IMG/VR virus record: IMGVR_UViG_3300035637_000045
Strand: one strand, 5' to 3'
Length of the DNA stretch: 20,000 nucleotides
DNA from: an uncultured virus (IMG/VR IMGVR_UViG_3300035637_000045)
Taxonomy: Duplodnaviria > Heunggongvirae > Uroviricota > Caudoviricetes
Each line of letters opens with the position of its first letter. The stretch's first letter is position 1. Position numbers and translations under genes: made by a program. The notes under the pieces were generated by a model. It saw only the letters and a list, made by a program, of their open reading frames with translations, had not been told where the DNA came from and ran no database searches. Shown one piece after another: positions 1 through 8,500 of the stretch.

Positions 1-2510
1 CCCGAGTGATAGGACGGCAGGCGCCGGTAGAGCACGGAGCCGTCCTTCCAGGTGATGCCCAGCGTGTACTCGGTCGTGCTCAGCGAAGACGGAGTGGTGT
101 AGTTCTCGACGCTCTGGGTGTGGAGTGAGAACGTCGGCAAAACCTGTTGGATAAGGAGCGGGTCGAACTGTTTGGGCGTGTTGGTTTCCTCGGCCACGGC
201 GGCGTGCTCCGTCTGGGCCTGGTTGTACAGCTCGACGAAGGTCGTCTCGACTTTCTTCTTGCCGCGCTTGATGCACACGACGTCCACAGCGAACCACTTG
301 AACTGAGAGGCGCTGAGCAGCGTGCCGGTGTTGCACCAGCGCCCTACAGTGGAGTCGGGTTTGGGCACGCCCAGCGTGTTGTAGAAGGTGTTCGTGTCGA
401 AGACCGCCCAGCTCCCGTTGGGGTGGACGTAGAAGGTCGAGTCGACCATCGGCAGGCGCAGGTAGTTCAGGCTCTCGCGCACAGCCATCAACCAGCCGGC
501 GGGGTACCCGTCCAGTCCGTTGGGCGCGGCGGCCCAGACTAGGGCGAAGTTGACGCCTTCGCCGAACCACATGGTGGCTTTGGTGCGCAGCGGGTTGGTC
601 GTGCTGCTGGGCGCCCACTCGGCGCGCATGGCGGCGGGGGTCCATCGCGTGCTGGTGGTGATCTTCACGGCGGTGTCCGGCACGCTGTAGGGCACGTTGA
701 CCATGTCGTCGGTCGTGCGCGCCTGGATGGCGGCGGCCAGCGCCGCCAGTTCTGCAGGGATGTCAGGGGGCACGAGTACCTTTTCGAGCTTGCCCTTCAC
801 GACGACGTAGTTGTATGGGCGGGCCGTGATGAACGTGTCGGTGTACTCGCCCTCGTACCAGGCCGGAACGGTCTCCCCGGGGAAGTAGCTGCCCCGTGCG
901 ACGGTGCGGCTCGGCCCGTTGGTCGTCGTCATCAGCCCCTGCATGTGGAACGACAGGGTGCGGAAGTCCAGCCCGCGCACCCAGCCGCGCATGTTGGAGA
1001 ACACGGCGCCGGTAGTGGATGCGTTGCGCACGCGCAGGGCCTTGGAGAGGAAGTGTTCCTCGCCCTCCCCCCCGACGTCGGAATGCACCTCGACCTCCAG
1101 GACCAGCATGTCGCCGGGGGCGGCGTTCGCGCCCTCGACCTTGTGCCACAGGTAGCCCGCCGCCAGGGGCAGGTTGGCGACGTCGGAGGTCGGGTTGACG
1201 ATAGACCCGATGACGACGGTGAAGTCGAAGTCTTCAGGGTCCGCCCCCTCCAGCTTCGTGATCGTGAGCGTGGCCTCGATCACGCCAGGGCCAGCGAAGT
1301 GCCGCGCCAGGCCGAGGCCCTCGTAGGCGTTGCCGAAACCACCCGCGAAGGGGGCCATGCCGGTCGGGACCGGCCAGGGGTTGTTGTACTGGCAGTAGCT
1401 CTCGTACTCGCCCAGGGTCATCGGGGCGGGACCGCTCGGGTAAAGGGCGGTGTACCAGCCGGTCTCGAACGCACCGAAGTCGGCGCGGGCGTAAGCGACG
1501 GTGCACGCACGGGTGCCCAGATGGTTGAACTCCCAGCGGAACTCTGGGTTCTTGGCACCGATGGCGATGTGGTCGGCGCCCTGATCCTTGAGCTTGGTGG
1601 TCGCGCTGTCGCCGCGCCACACCCACGCCGGGTAGGTCGGTGTGACCTTCTTGTGGTTCGTGGCGAGCAGATTCGGGACCGGCGCAGAGCCGACGTCGAG
1701 GCTCACTTCGCCCATGGCGCCGAGCGGGAATGCGTACCAGCTCCCGGAGGCGTCCACATAGACGCCGTATTGGAAGGCCGTACCGTCCTTCTTGACCTCC
1801 TGGATGCCCCAGAAGCGCGGCCAGTCGGAGCTGGGGGCGAGCGCCTTGTCGATCTTCTCCGGGGAGTCGCCAGGCATGCGCCAGTTGAGCACGTCGTAGC
1901 CCACGTCCCGCGTGGCGAAGCTCCAGGGCAGCGGTGCCGGGGCGGTGGTGCTGGTCCAGTCCATGGCGTGCCCTTCGTACCCGCTCCAGAACGGCGTCAG
2001 GACGTGCGCAAAGGTGTGGCCGGTGGTCGGCAGGTTGACGTGGGAGATCGTGTACTCGAACCGGCGCTTGCCCTTGCCGACCTCGACCACATCGACGTGT
2101 GGCGTCTGGCCGAGCTGGACCTGCCAGCCGTGGCGGTCGTAGGTCTCGGCGCCGGGCTTGTTGGGGGCCAGGCTCAGCTTGGTGTTGCCGACGAAGCGCG
2201 CCTTGGGCCTCTCGCCCTGCACCTTGGCAGAGACGACGCCGACGTCGTAGCTCTTGAAGGTGAAGGCGCCCTGCGTGACGTCATATGTCGTGACGGGCAC
2301 GCCGCTGGTGTAGAACTCGAACACCTGGGGGGCGTCGAGGATCGTGATGAACTCCTCGCCGCCTGAGCGGCGGATGGAGATGGTGTACCCGTCAACCTTG
2401 AGCACCCGAGCGAAGTCTGCCCCGCCGAGAACCCGGCGGAGCGTGCTGAGCTGGGACTCGGCGAAGGGAAGAAACTTCCCCCCGCCCGGGTCGACGAGGC
2501 GGTGGGCCAT
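1..2510 (-). CDS. Large hypothetical protein, probably virion/tail-associated (>836 aa, 3' end outside the window)
   Basis: ATG at 2510, 3 nt after the stop of the 2514..2969 gene. Translated by hand: MAHRLVDPGGGKFLPFAESQLSTLRRVLGG...TLGITWKDGSVLYRRLPSYHS. No stop seen, and the frame was consistent at about 1200 and at the edge. G/C-ending codons. Probably absent from the ORF track because it has no stop in the window. Confidence 0.85.
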   Translation of the reverse strand, partial: MAHRLVDPGGGKFLPFAESQLSTLRRVLGGADFARVLKVDGYTISIRRSGGEEFITILDAPQVFEFYTSGVPVTTYDVTQGAFTFKSYDVGVVSAKVQGERPKARFVGNTKLSLAPNKPGAETYDRHGWQVQLGQTPHVDVVEVGKGKRRFEYTISHVNLPTTGHTFAHVLTPFWSGYEGHAMDWTSTTAPAPLPWSFATRDVGYDVLNWRMPGDSPEKIDKALAPSSDWPRFWGIQEVKKDGTAFQYGVYVDASGSWYAFPLGAMGEVSLDVGSAPVPNLLATNHKKVTPTYPAWVWRGDSATTKLKDQGADHIAIGAKNPEFRWEFNHLGTRACTVAYARADFGAFETGWYTALYPSGPAPMTLGEYESYCQYNNPWPVPTGMAPFAGGFGNAYEGLGLARHFAGPGVIEATLTITKLEGADPEDFDFTVVIGSIVNPTSDVANLPLAAGYLWHKVEGANAAPGDMLVLEVEVHSDVGGEGEEHFLSKALRVRNASTTGAVFSNMRGWVRGLDFRTLSFHMQGLMTTTNGPSRTVARGSYFPGETVPAWYEGEYTDTFITARPYNYVVVKGKLEKVLVPPDIPAELAALAAAIQARTTDDMVNVPYSVPDTAVKITTSTRWTPAAMRAEWAPSSTTNPLRTKATMWFGEGVNFALVWAAAPNGLDGYPAGWLMAVRESLNYLRLPMVDSTFYVHPNGSWAVFDTNTFYNTLGVPKPDSTVGRWCNTGTLLSASQFKWFAVDVVCIKRGKKKVETTFVELYNQAQTEHAAVAEETNTPKQFDPLLIQQVLPTFSLHTQSVENYTTPSSLSTTEYTLGITWKDGSVLYRRLPSYHS

Positions 2511-2513
2511 GGA

Positions 2514-2969
2514 TCACTGCGCAGGCGTGGTGTAGCGGAACACATCGACAGTGTTCTCGACACCCAGCTCGATGGACAGGTTGGCGATCTGCATGTCGCC
2601 GCCCGAGCTGGCGATGGCGCCGTCCAGACGGGGCAGCGTAGTGCTCACCATGTCGTTGTCTAGCGCGTTGCCCTTGAAGCGGAACCAGCCGGGGACGCCG
2701 TTCGCAAGGCCGGTGAACTTCCACGTACCGGCCCGCTCGACGGTGCCGTTGGCGGGGGCGCCGAGGGTCAGTCCGTTGGTGGCCACGCCCGGCGTGAACG
2801 CGCCGCCGTTCAGGGTGACGGTGCCGAGCAGCGTGCCGGTGGCAGCAGAGTCCGCCGTGGCGGGCTGAGGGCCGCTGCGGATCTCGATGATGCCGTTGGC
2901 GAAGGTGGCAGCGAAGCCGGTGCTGCCCGACAGATTGTTGCGCAGGCCAGTGGATTGCTTGATGGTCAT
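2514..2969 (-). CDS. Small G/T/A-rich virion protein, 151 aa, putative fibre/tail subunit
   Basis: Start re-set to ATG 2969 (MTIKQSTGLRNNL...), preceded by SD-like GAAAGGG. Beta-rich composition and size resemble the 11032..11472 product. Confidence 0.75.
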   Translation of the reverse strand: MTIKQSTGLRNNLSGSTGFAATFANGIIEIRSGPQPATADSAATGTLLGTVTLNGGAFTPGVATNGLTLGAPANGTVERAGTWKFTGLANGVPGWFRFKGNALDNDMVSTTLPRLDGAIASSGGDMQIANLSIELGVENTVDVFRYTTPAQ

Positions 2970-2980
2970 GGTATTCCCTT

Positions 2981-4153
2981 TCAGGTAGATGGATTGAAGG
3001 CGGTGCCGCCCTTCTGGATTGCCACGACGACTCGCTTCTGCCCCTCGTCGTGGATCAAAGCGGCTCCGGCTTGAGTGCCAGGGGCCACGCTCACGCGGGC
3101 ATGCGTGAGGTTCTCGAACTCTGGGAACGCGCACAGACCGCGCTGTGTCCAGAAGTAGGTGCGCTCCTCGTCTGCCGTCCAGGACCAGCCGGGGACCGCG
3201 CCGTAGTCGGTCAGCGGGGTCAGCTTCTCGCCGTCATAGGCGCTGATCTCCTTGCCTGTACCGATGAGCAGCCCGCCTTTGGACGGAGCTAGGAGGGTCA
3301 CGCGCCGGGGCACGAGGAAGAAACTGTCATCCAGCGGCCAGAGGTGCGGGGCGAGCGCCTCGCTCCACCAGACCACCGTCTGGTCCTGCTCGGCGAGGTA
3401 CTGGGCGGCGTAGAAGCGCCCGCCCCAGACGGCCAGCAGGTAGACGCCGAGGGGCAGCGGGTCGACGAACCCGGTCATCAGGTCGGTACCCAGTGTGTCC
3501 GGGTTGGAGCCCCAGGTCATGGCTGTGGCGGTGGTCGTTCCGGCATGCTGGAACACCGTACTGTTGGCGGGAGAAACATAGACCTGGGTGCGCAGGCCGT
3601 CGAGCTGGGGGATGCCGCTGATCTGCAGGGCCTCGCCCTCGGCGAGGTCGGTTGATGCGAAGGTCCCGGCCCCGGTCTCGCGCCCGTCGGGCAGCAGGAA
3701 CGTGAAGCACGCCCGGTACTGCCCCTCGGGCAGGCTGCCGGAGATGCGTGACAGGGTCGGTTCGGGCGGCGTCGGCCAGCGCCAGGGCAGGACGCTGCCG
3801 TCCTGGGCGATGACGCCAGAGTCGGTCGAGTTGGCGTAGTAGATGAGATCATTCGTCTCAACCCACTGCACCGGCTCAGCGCCAAGGCCTGCGACCAGCG
3901 GGACGGCGGTCGTGTCCGGCAGCACGGCCTTGATGGCGTCGCCGTCATGCACGAACATGCGGCGGAAGTCCTGGGTGGCGAACGCACTGCGCATGACCCC
4001 GGCCAACGCTAGGCTGAAGCCCTTGCGGCGCACCACCCCACCCGTCTCCGTGATGTTCACGTTGTCGGCGCGAGTGAGCCACTCCGCCCCGAGTCGGGCA
4101 GGGTCCGTGACGTTGTTGAGCCCGCGGAACTGGGTCAGGGTGGAGGATGCCAT
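2981..4153 (-). CDS. Putative tail nozzle / DNA stabilisation protein (P22 gp10 / tail tubular B-like), 390 aa
   Basis: N-terminus FRGLNNVTDPARL...ADNVNITETGGVVRRKG resembles podovirus nozzle N-termini. Body is beta-rich. Located in the tail module. Confidence 0.6.
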   Translation of the reverse strand: MASSTLTQFRGLNNVTDPARLGAEWLTRADNVNITETGGVVRRKGFSLALAGVMRSAFATQDFRRMFVHDGDAIKAVLPDTTAVPLVAGLGAEPVQWVETNDLIYYANSTDSGVIAQDGSVLPWRWPTPPEPTLSRISGSLPEGQYRACFTFLLPDGRETGAGTFASTDLAEGEALQISGIPQLDGLRTQVYVSPANSTVFQHAGTTTATAMTWGSNPDTLGTDLMTGFVDPLPLGVYLLAVWGGRFYAAQYLAEQDQTVVWWSEALAPHLWPLDDSFFLVPRRVTLLAPSKGGLLIGTGKEISAYDGEKLTPLTDYGAVPGWSWTADEERTYFWTQRGLCAFPEFENLTHARVSVAPGTQAGAALIHDEGQKRVVVAIQKGGTAFNPST

Positions 4154-4220
4154 GCGGTCGCTTGTTATGCACCGAGGGCTTCATACGTCCGCCAACGATC
4201 TTTGAAAGATGAACGAGAGT

Positions 4221-4256
4221 GTACCGCAAAGCCCCGGAGTTAAGGCTTTGCGGTAC
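4221..4256. terminator. Perfect 13-bp inverted repeat, probable terminator after the lysis cassette
   Basis: GTACCGCAAAGCC (4221-4233), 10-nt loop, GGCTTTGCGGTAC (4244-4256). The minus-strand tail ACTCTCGTTCATCTTT is only a weak U-tract. Confidence 0.5.
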
Positions 4257-4335
4257 TGCAGGGGGTTGGGTAGCGAGGAATGAGCGGCCCCGCAAATGGC
4301 TCCCACCCCCTGCTGGGGCAGCCGCCATTGTTCGG

Positions 4336-4785
4336 TTACTGCGCGGGCGTCACCGGCCAGGCGTCGCGGTGCTTTCGGACATCATTCGCGTGGCCGTCAG
4401 CTTGACCCGCCAGTTCTTGATAGCTTCGGCTGCAGTCAGCGAATAGTCCACTGACGGTAGTGGCGTACTCAGCGACGGCGGCGGGGGGAGCTGCAGCGAT
4501 GCGGCGGGCGGTGTCGCTGAGTTGCTCGCGCAGCCCGTCAGACTCACGAGCAGCAGCGGCCAGATGACGGCGAGAGATAGTTTCGCGTTCGGTAGCGGCA
4601 TTGAGGGCTCCTTGGTATTTCGTAGTGATTGCGTGCTGCTCGGCGCGCAGCGTAGACGTGGCCTCGATGACGGCGTTTGCATGTCCCAGCCGCAGTTCGG
4701 CCAGCTCGGCGGTGTAGCGGTTGTCCTGGAAGAACCAGGCGGCCAGTGCCGCGATGACGGCTGCGGCGAGGTGGGTGTAGATCAT
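4336..4785 (-). CDS. Inner-membrane spanin (Rz-like), 149 aa
   Basis: ATG 4785 overlaps the endolysin stop (ATGA). N-terminal TM segment HLAAAVIAALAAWFF followed by an Ala-rich coiled coil. Confidence 0.85.
   Translation of the reverse strand: MIYTHLAAAVIAALAAWFFQDNRYTAELAELRLGHANAVIEATSTLRAEQHAITTKYQGALNAATERETISRRHLAAAARESDGLREQLSDTARRIAAAPPAAVAEYATTVSGLFADCSRSYQELAGQADGHANDVRKHRDAWPVTPAQ
4350..4601 (-). CDS. Outer-membrane lipoprotein spanin (Rz1-like), 83 aa, fully embedded in the i-spanin in another frame
   Basis: GGAG SD then ATG 4601. MPLPNAKLSLAVIWPLLLVSLTG-C with lipobox LTGC, followed by a Pro-rich segment (LPPPPSLSTPLP). Confidence 0.85.
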   Translation of the reverse strand: MPLPNAKLSLAVIWPLLLVSLTGCASNSATPPAASLQLPPPPSLSTPLPSVDYSLTAAEAIKNWRVKLTATRMMSESTATPGR

Positions 4786-5288
4786 TGGGCCTCCATGCAC
4801 TTTTTGTGGCGCTCTTGGGCACGCAGCCACACGCCCCGGCACCCGCTGCCGGGGAGGCTGCAGTCTTTGCCGGTCGCCCGGCGCGAGTCGAGGTTCAGGT
4901 AGGCGTTGCAGGATGCCACGTAGTCGCCACGGTTGATGGCCTTGACGACCTCAGACCGGCATGCCCCGCCAGAACCGCGCCAGTAGGCAAAGTCCACCAG
5001 GATGTCGTATTCCTGCTGGCTCAGGGGTCCAGTCACGCAGCGCTTGAGCTGCAGCTCGTCCTTGCCGATGTGGGCGAGGCTCATGCGCAGCGCTTTTTGT
5101 GGCGTGGTGGTGTCGCCCAGCTTCACCGGTGAGCCGTCTTCCTTGAACGTGGACCCAAAGCCCACCGTGGGACGGTCGCCAGGGATGGGGATGTATGCGC
5201 TGTCCCGGTAGCCTTCATGCGATACCAGGGCGATCAGCCCGGCAGCCGAGAGCACCAGCCCGGCCACTGCGGTGCGGCGCTGGCTCAT
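4782..5288 (-). CDS. SAR endolysin, GH24 phage lysozyme, 168 aa
   Basis: ATG 5288 overlaps the holin stop. Gly/Ala-rich SAR segment TAVAGLVLSAAGLIALV, then HEGYRDSAYIPIPGDRPTVGFGST. C-terminal GVWLRAQERHKKC. Confidence 0.9.
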   Translation of the reverse strand: MSQRRTAVAGLVLSAAGLIALVSHEGYRDSAYIPIPGDRPTVGFGSTFKEDGSPVKLGDTTTPQKALRMSLAHIGKDELQLKRCVTGPLSQQEYDILVDFAYWRGSGGACRSEVVKAINRGDYVASCNAYLNLDSRRATGKDCSLPGSGCRGVWLRAQERHKKCMEAQ

Positions 5289-5554
5289 TCGTCGGCCCCT
5301 AGTTCGCCAAGGTCGGTGTCCGCCCGCTGCCCGCGCCGTAGGCGCTCCATGCGCAACGCGTGCTCCGCTATGTGGCGGCGGTTCGCTTCGCGCTTGTAGT
5401 GCCAGCTGATAAGTACGCCGATCAGCGCGACGACAAGGCCCGCGAGCCCGATAAACTGGCTCGACAGGAGCCACCCGAATACGCCCAGGCCGGCGCCAGC
5501 GCCTGCGGTGCGGTCGCCCAGCGTGGCGAGGTGGTTGATAGCTTCGTCGTTCAT
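5285..5554 (-). CDS. Holin (possibly a pinholin), 89 aa
   Basis: One or two hydrophobic segments (GAGLGVFGWLLSSQFIGLAGLVVALIGVLISW) and a charged C-terminal tail. Directly upstream of the endolysin. Confidence 0.8.
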   Translation of the reverse strand: MNDEAINHLATLGDRTAGAGAGLGVFGWLLSSQFIGLAGLVVALIGVLISWHYKREANRRHIAEHALRMERLRRGQRADTDLGELGADE

Positions 5555-5570
5555 CTTGTGTTTCCTCTGG

Positions 5571-8500
5571 TCAAAGTTCTTCTTGGTCGTCTGTGGCGGT
5601 CATCGCCGGTCGAAGGGTGGTGTGCCGTGCCTGAGTGGCCGAGTCCCGGAAGCGCAGCACGGTCGCCTCGTCGGAGCGGATCGCGGGGGTAGCCTGTTGC
5701 CGGACCAGCAGGTCTTCTGTGCGCAGCGCGCTGAACAGCGGGTTCGCCCGGGCGCCCGTGGGGACCGAGCGACGTATCACGCCGAAGGCCTGTACCGTGG
5801 CCTGTATCAGGGCACGCAGGTCAATGGACGTGTCCAGGCCGGCCTCGGAAATGCTCTCGACGGTGAGGGCGCTTTCGAGGCTGATCTGGGTGAGCAGGGC
5901 GGCAGTCGCGGCGGCTGCGCTGGTGACGGACGAGGTCAGCAGGATCTCAGTGCCCAGGCCTGCGACCAGAGAAGCCTCGGCAACACCCGAACCGCGGAAG
6001 TTCGATCCGACGGTCAGGTCGGCTCCTGCCGAGGCGCTGGCGGTGAGGGCGGCGGCCAGCAGCACGGTGGTGGCGATGGAGCCGCTCGCACTGGCCCGGG
6101 CCTGGGCGGCGCCTGTCAGGAAGATCGGGACCGTCAGTGCTCCGTTCGCGGTGGCGGCGCCCTGCCCCGTACCCACCAGTGGCTTGGGTACTTGGAGCGA
6201 GAGGGCCTGCCCAGTGCTGGTGGCGGACACAGAAGCAGCCAGGCGGATGCCTGTCGTGGCCGCTGCCGTGCTGGTGCTGGCGGACACCGCCGCTGCCACC
6301 ATGCGGATAGCCGTTGTCAGGCTGGCGCTGGCCGTGGCCTGGCCGGCGGCTGCCGCATCGAACTTCTGCGGCACCTGCAGGAATGCCGAGGCGCTCGCCT
6401 GCGCGCTCGCGGTACCGGCGATGGGCTGGCGCACTGTGAGCGCACCAGAGGCCGTGGCCGCCGACACCGTGGAGCCTGCCAGGGCATGCAGGTTCACGAA
6501 CCGTGCGGTTGCAGAAGCCTGCCCCTGGGCGGTGGCCGCCATGTTGACGGCCGACGAGTACAGGCGCGGGCCGGTGTCGGCATAGATGCCCACCACGGCG
6601 CTGTCGGCGTTGCGCGCGGCCTTGCCGAACAGGGAGCCGTCGAAGACCGAAAAGTCGCCAGTGAGCGCGAGGGCTGCGGGCTTGACCCAGTGGTCGATCT
6701 CGTAGGTGTGGGCGAGCCCCGGGGCCACCGGGTCGGTCAGGACATCGAACCCCGAAGTGCGGGCGCTGTAGAAGGTGGGCGCCGAGCTGTAGGCGTCGCC
6801 GAACCAATAGCTCGCGGGCACGTTCGCGTCCTTGGCCGAGAACTGCACGGACTCCACGCCGCCGCCCCGGATCAGACGCAGGGCGTTCACGAAGTTGGTG
6901 GCCGCGCCGCCCGCGATGGTCATGGCGAGCACGCCGCCCGAGTAGCTGTGGGGGCCGGTCGTGCTGGTGGTCGGGAGCCCGCCCCAGTAGGTCCAGGCCG
7001 AGCCGTCGGTGGAGTGCAGCACCCAGCCCGTCGTGTCGGACACGAAGAGCACGAGGAAGCCGTCCGGCGTGCCGAACAGGAACATGGTGGCGGTCGAGGA
7101 CGGCAGGGCCTGGGCGGCGGACCAAGTGGTGCCGTCCGTGGAGTACCACGCATACCACGTCGAGCCGCTGCGGGCGCACAGGACGAAGCGCCCGTTGGCG
7201 CCGGCCATCTTCAGGGAGTCGATGCTCGCCCAGCCGCCCGCAGGCGCCGGGATGGTGGTGCCCACGGTCCAGGCCAAGCCGTCCGTGGTAACGGCGGTCT
7301 TGGGGCCGACCGACAGGAACGCACACACCCGGCTGGCGCCGTCCGAGGCCAGCAGGGTCGGCGTCTGGGCGTCAGGCATGGCGATGTCGGTCCAGGCCCC
7401 CAGGATCGGGTCGCGGCGCTTGGAGGGCGACATCACGAGGCCGGTGGACGGGGCGAACACCGTGTTCCCAGGCTCGTAGAACGCCGGGGCCTCGGTGACG
7501 CCGCCGCCCAGGGTCTTGGAGCGCACGCGCAGGGTGCCCGAGAGCTTGATCTGGGTGAGCAGGGCCGGCGTCGACAGGGTGGCCTCGCTGCGCAAGGTCA
7601 CGAGGTAGGGGTCGGTGTCGATCAGGGTCGTCGCGGTCGCGGCGCTGGCCGCCGAGGCGCTGCCGTCGAGGGCGTGGCTGACCCGGTTGCCCAGGTAGGC
7701 ACTGCTCGTGGTCGAGATCGTCGGCGCCGCGCCGAGCAGGCGGGCCGACTGCTTGCCCGTGGCGGTGAGCACCGGGCGGGTCGTGGCGAGGATGGGGTCC
7801 CCATCCGTGTTGATGCGGATGCCGGTCTCGGCGAAGTCCTGCGCGTCGGCGATGGAGTAGGTAGGGCCGTAGAACGCGGAGGCCCCAGCGATGGGGTGGG
7901 AGTCCCAGTCAATGCCGTTCGTCGTCGAGTAGGCCTTGGTCGCTTGGGTGCCCATGACCATGATCGCCGCGCCTGGAACGCTTGCCAGCTTGGCGCTGGA
8001 CCCGCCAGCGCCAAGTGGCGCATTGCTCGCGGTCCAGGTGACGCCCGCGTCCAGCGAGTGGTACGTGCCGATGGTCAGTACCCCGGCGACCATGGCCGCG
8101 AGGTTGTCGCCCACCGCGTAGGCCAGCGGGGGCGAGGTGACATCGGTGCGGACAGTCCAGGTGATGCCGTCCACCGAGTTGAGGGTGGCGACCTTCGAGG
8201 GGTAGCTGATGTAGCTGACCGTGCCGAGGGCCACGAACTTGCCGAGGGTCGCGTCGTACCAGAGACGGTCGCCCGCATCGACGCTCATGCCCGAGCGCAG
8301 GGACGGGACGACCCCGTCGGTGAAGGTGGGGCCGAGGCTCCAGCTCTGGCCGTCCGTCGAATACTGTGCCCGCCCTTCGTTCTGGGCGCTCAGGTTGGCG
8401 GACGTGTCGACGAGGCGCACGAACTTCCCGTTGCCGAAGACGATGCGGCTGGTCGGCAGGCCGTTCGCACCGGACCCCAGCGTCCAGGTCTTGCCGCCGT

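Noticed and set aside
3945..4328. 127-aa minus-strand ORF and 75-aa plus-strand ORF across the lysis-nozzle spacer
   Set aside because: They overlap the nozzle or spanin genes, run through strong hairpins, and have no recognisable SD or protein features.
4782..5474. Longer ORF-track starts for the endolysin (5474), i-spanin (4842), o-spanin (4682), 2514..3134, 15278..15901, 14946..15293 and 19357..19917
   Set aside because: These extensions overlap upstream genes. The shorter starts have SD motifs, stop/start coupling, or fit the gap after the upstream stop.
5775..6552. Possible CRISPR array, DGR variable/template repeat or DNA tandem repeat in the fibre gene
   Set aside because: The periodicity is at the protein level only. 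No identical nucleotide repeats, adenine-specific repeat pair or reverse transcriptase were seen in the window.
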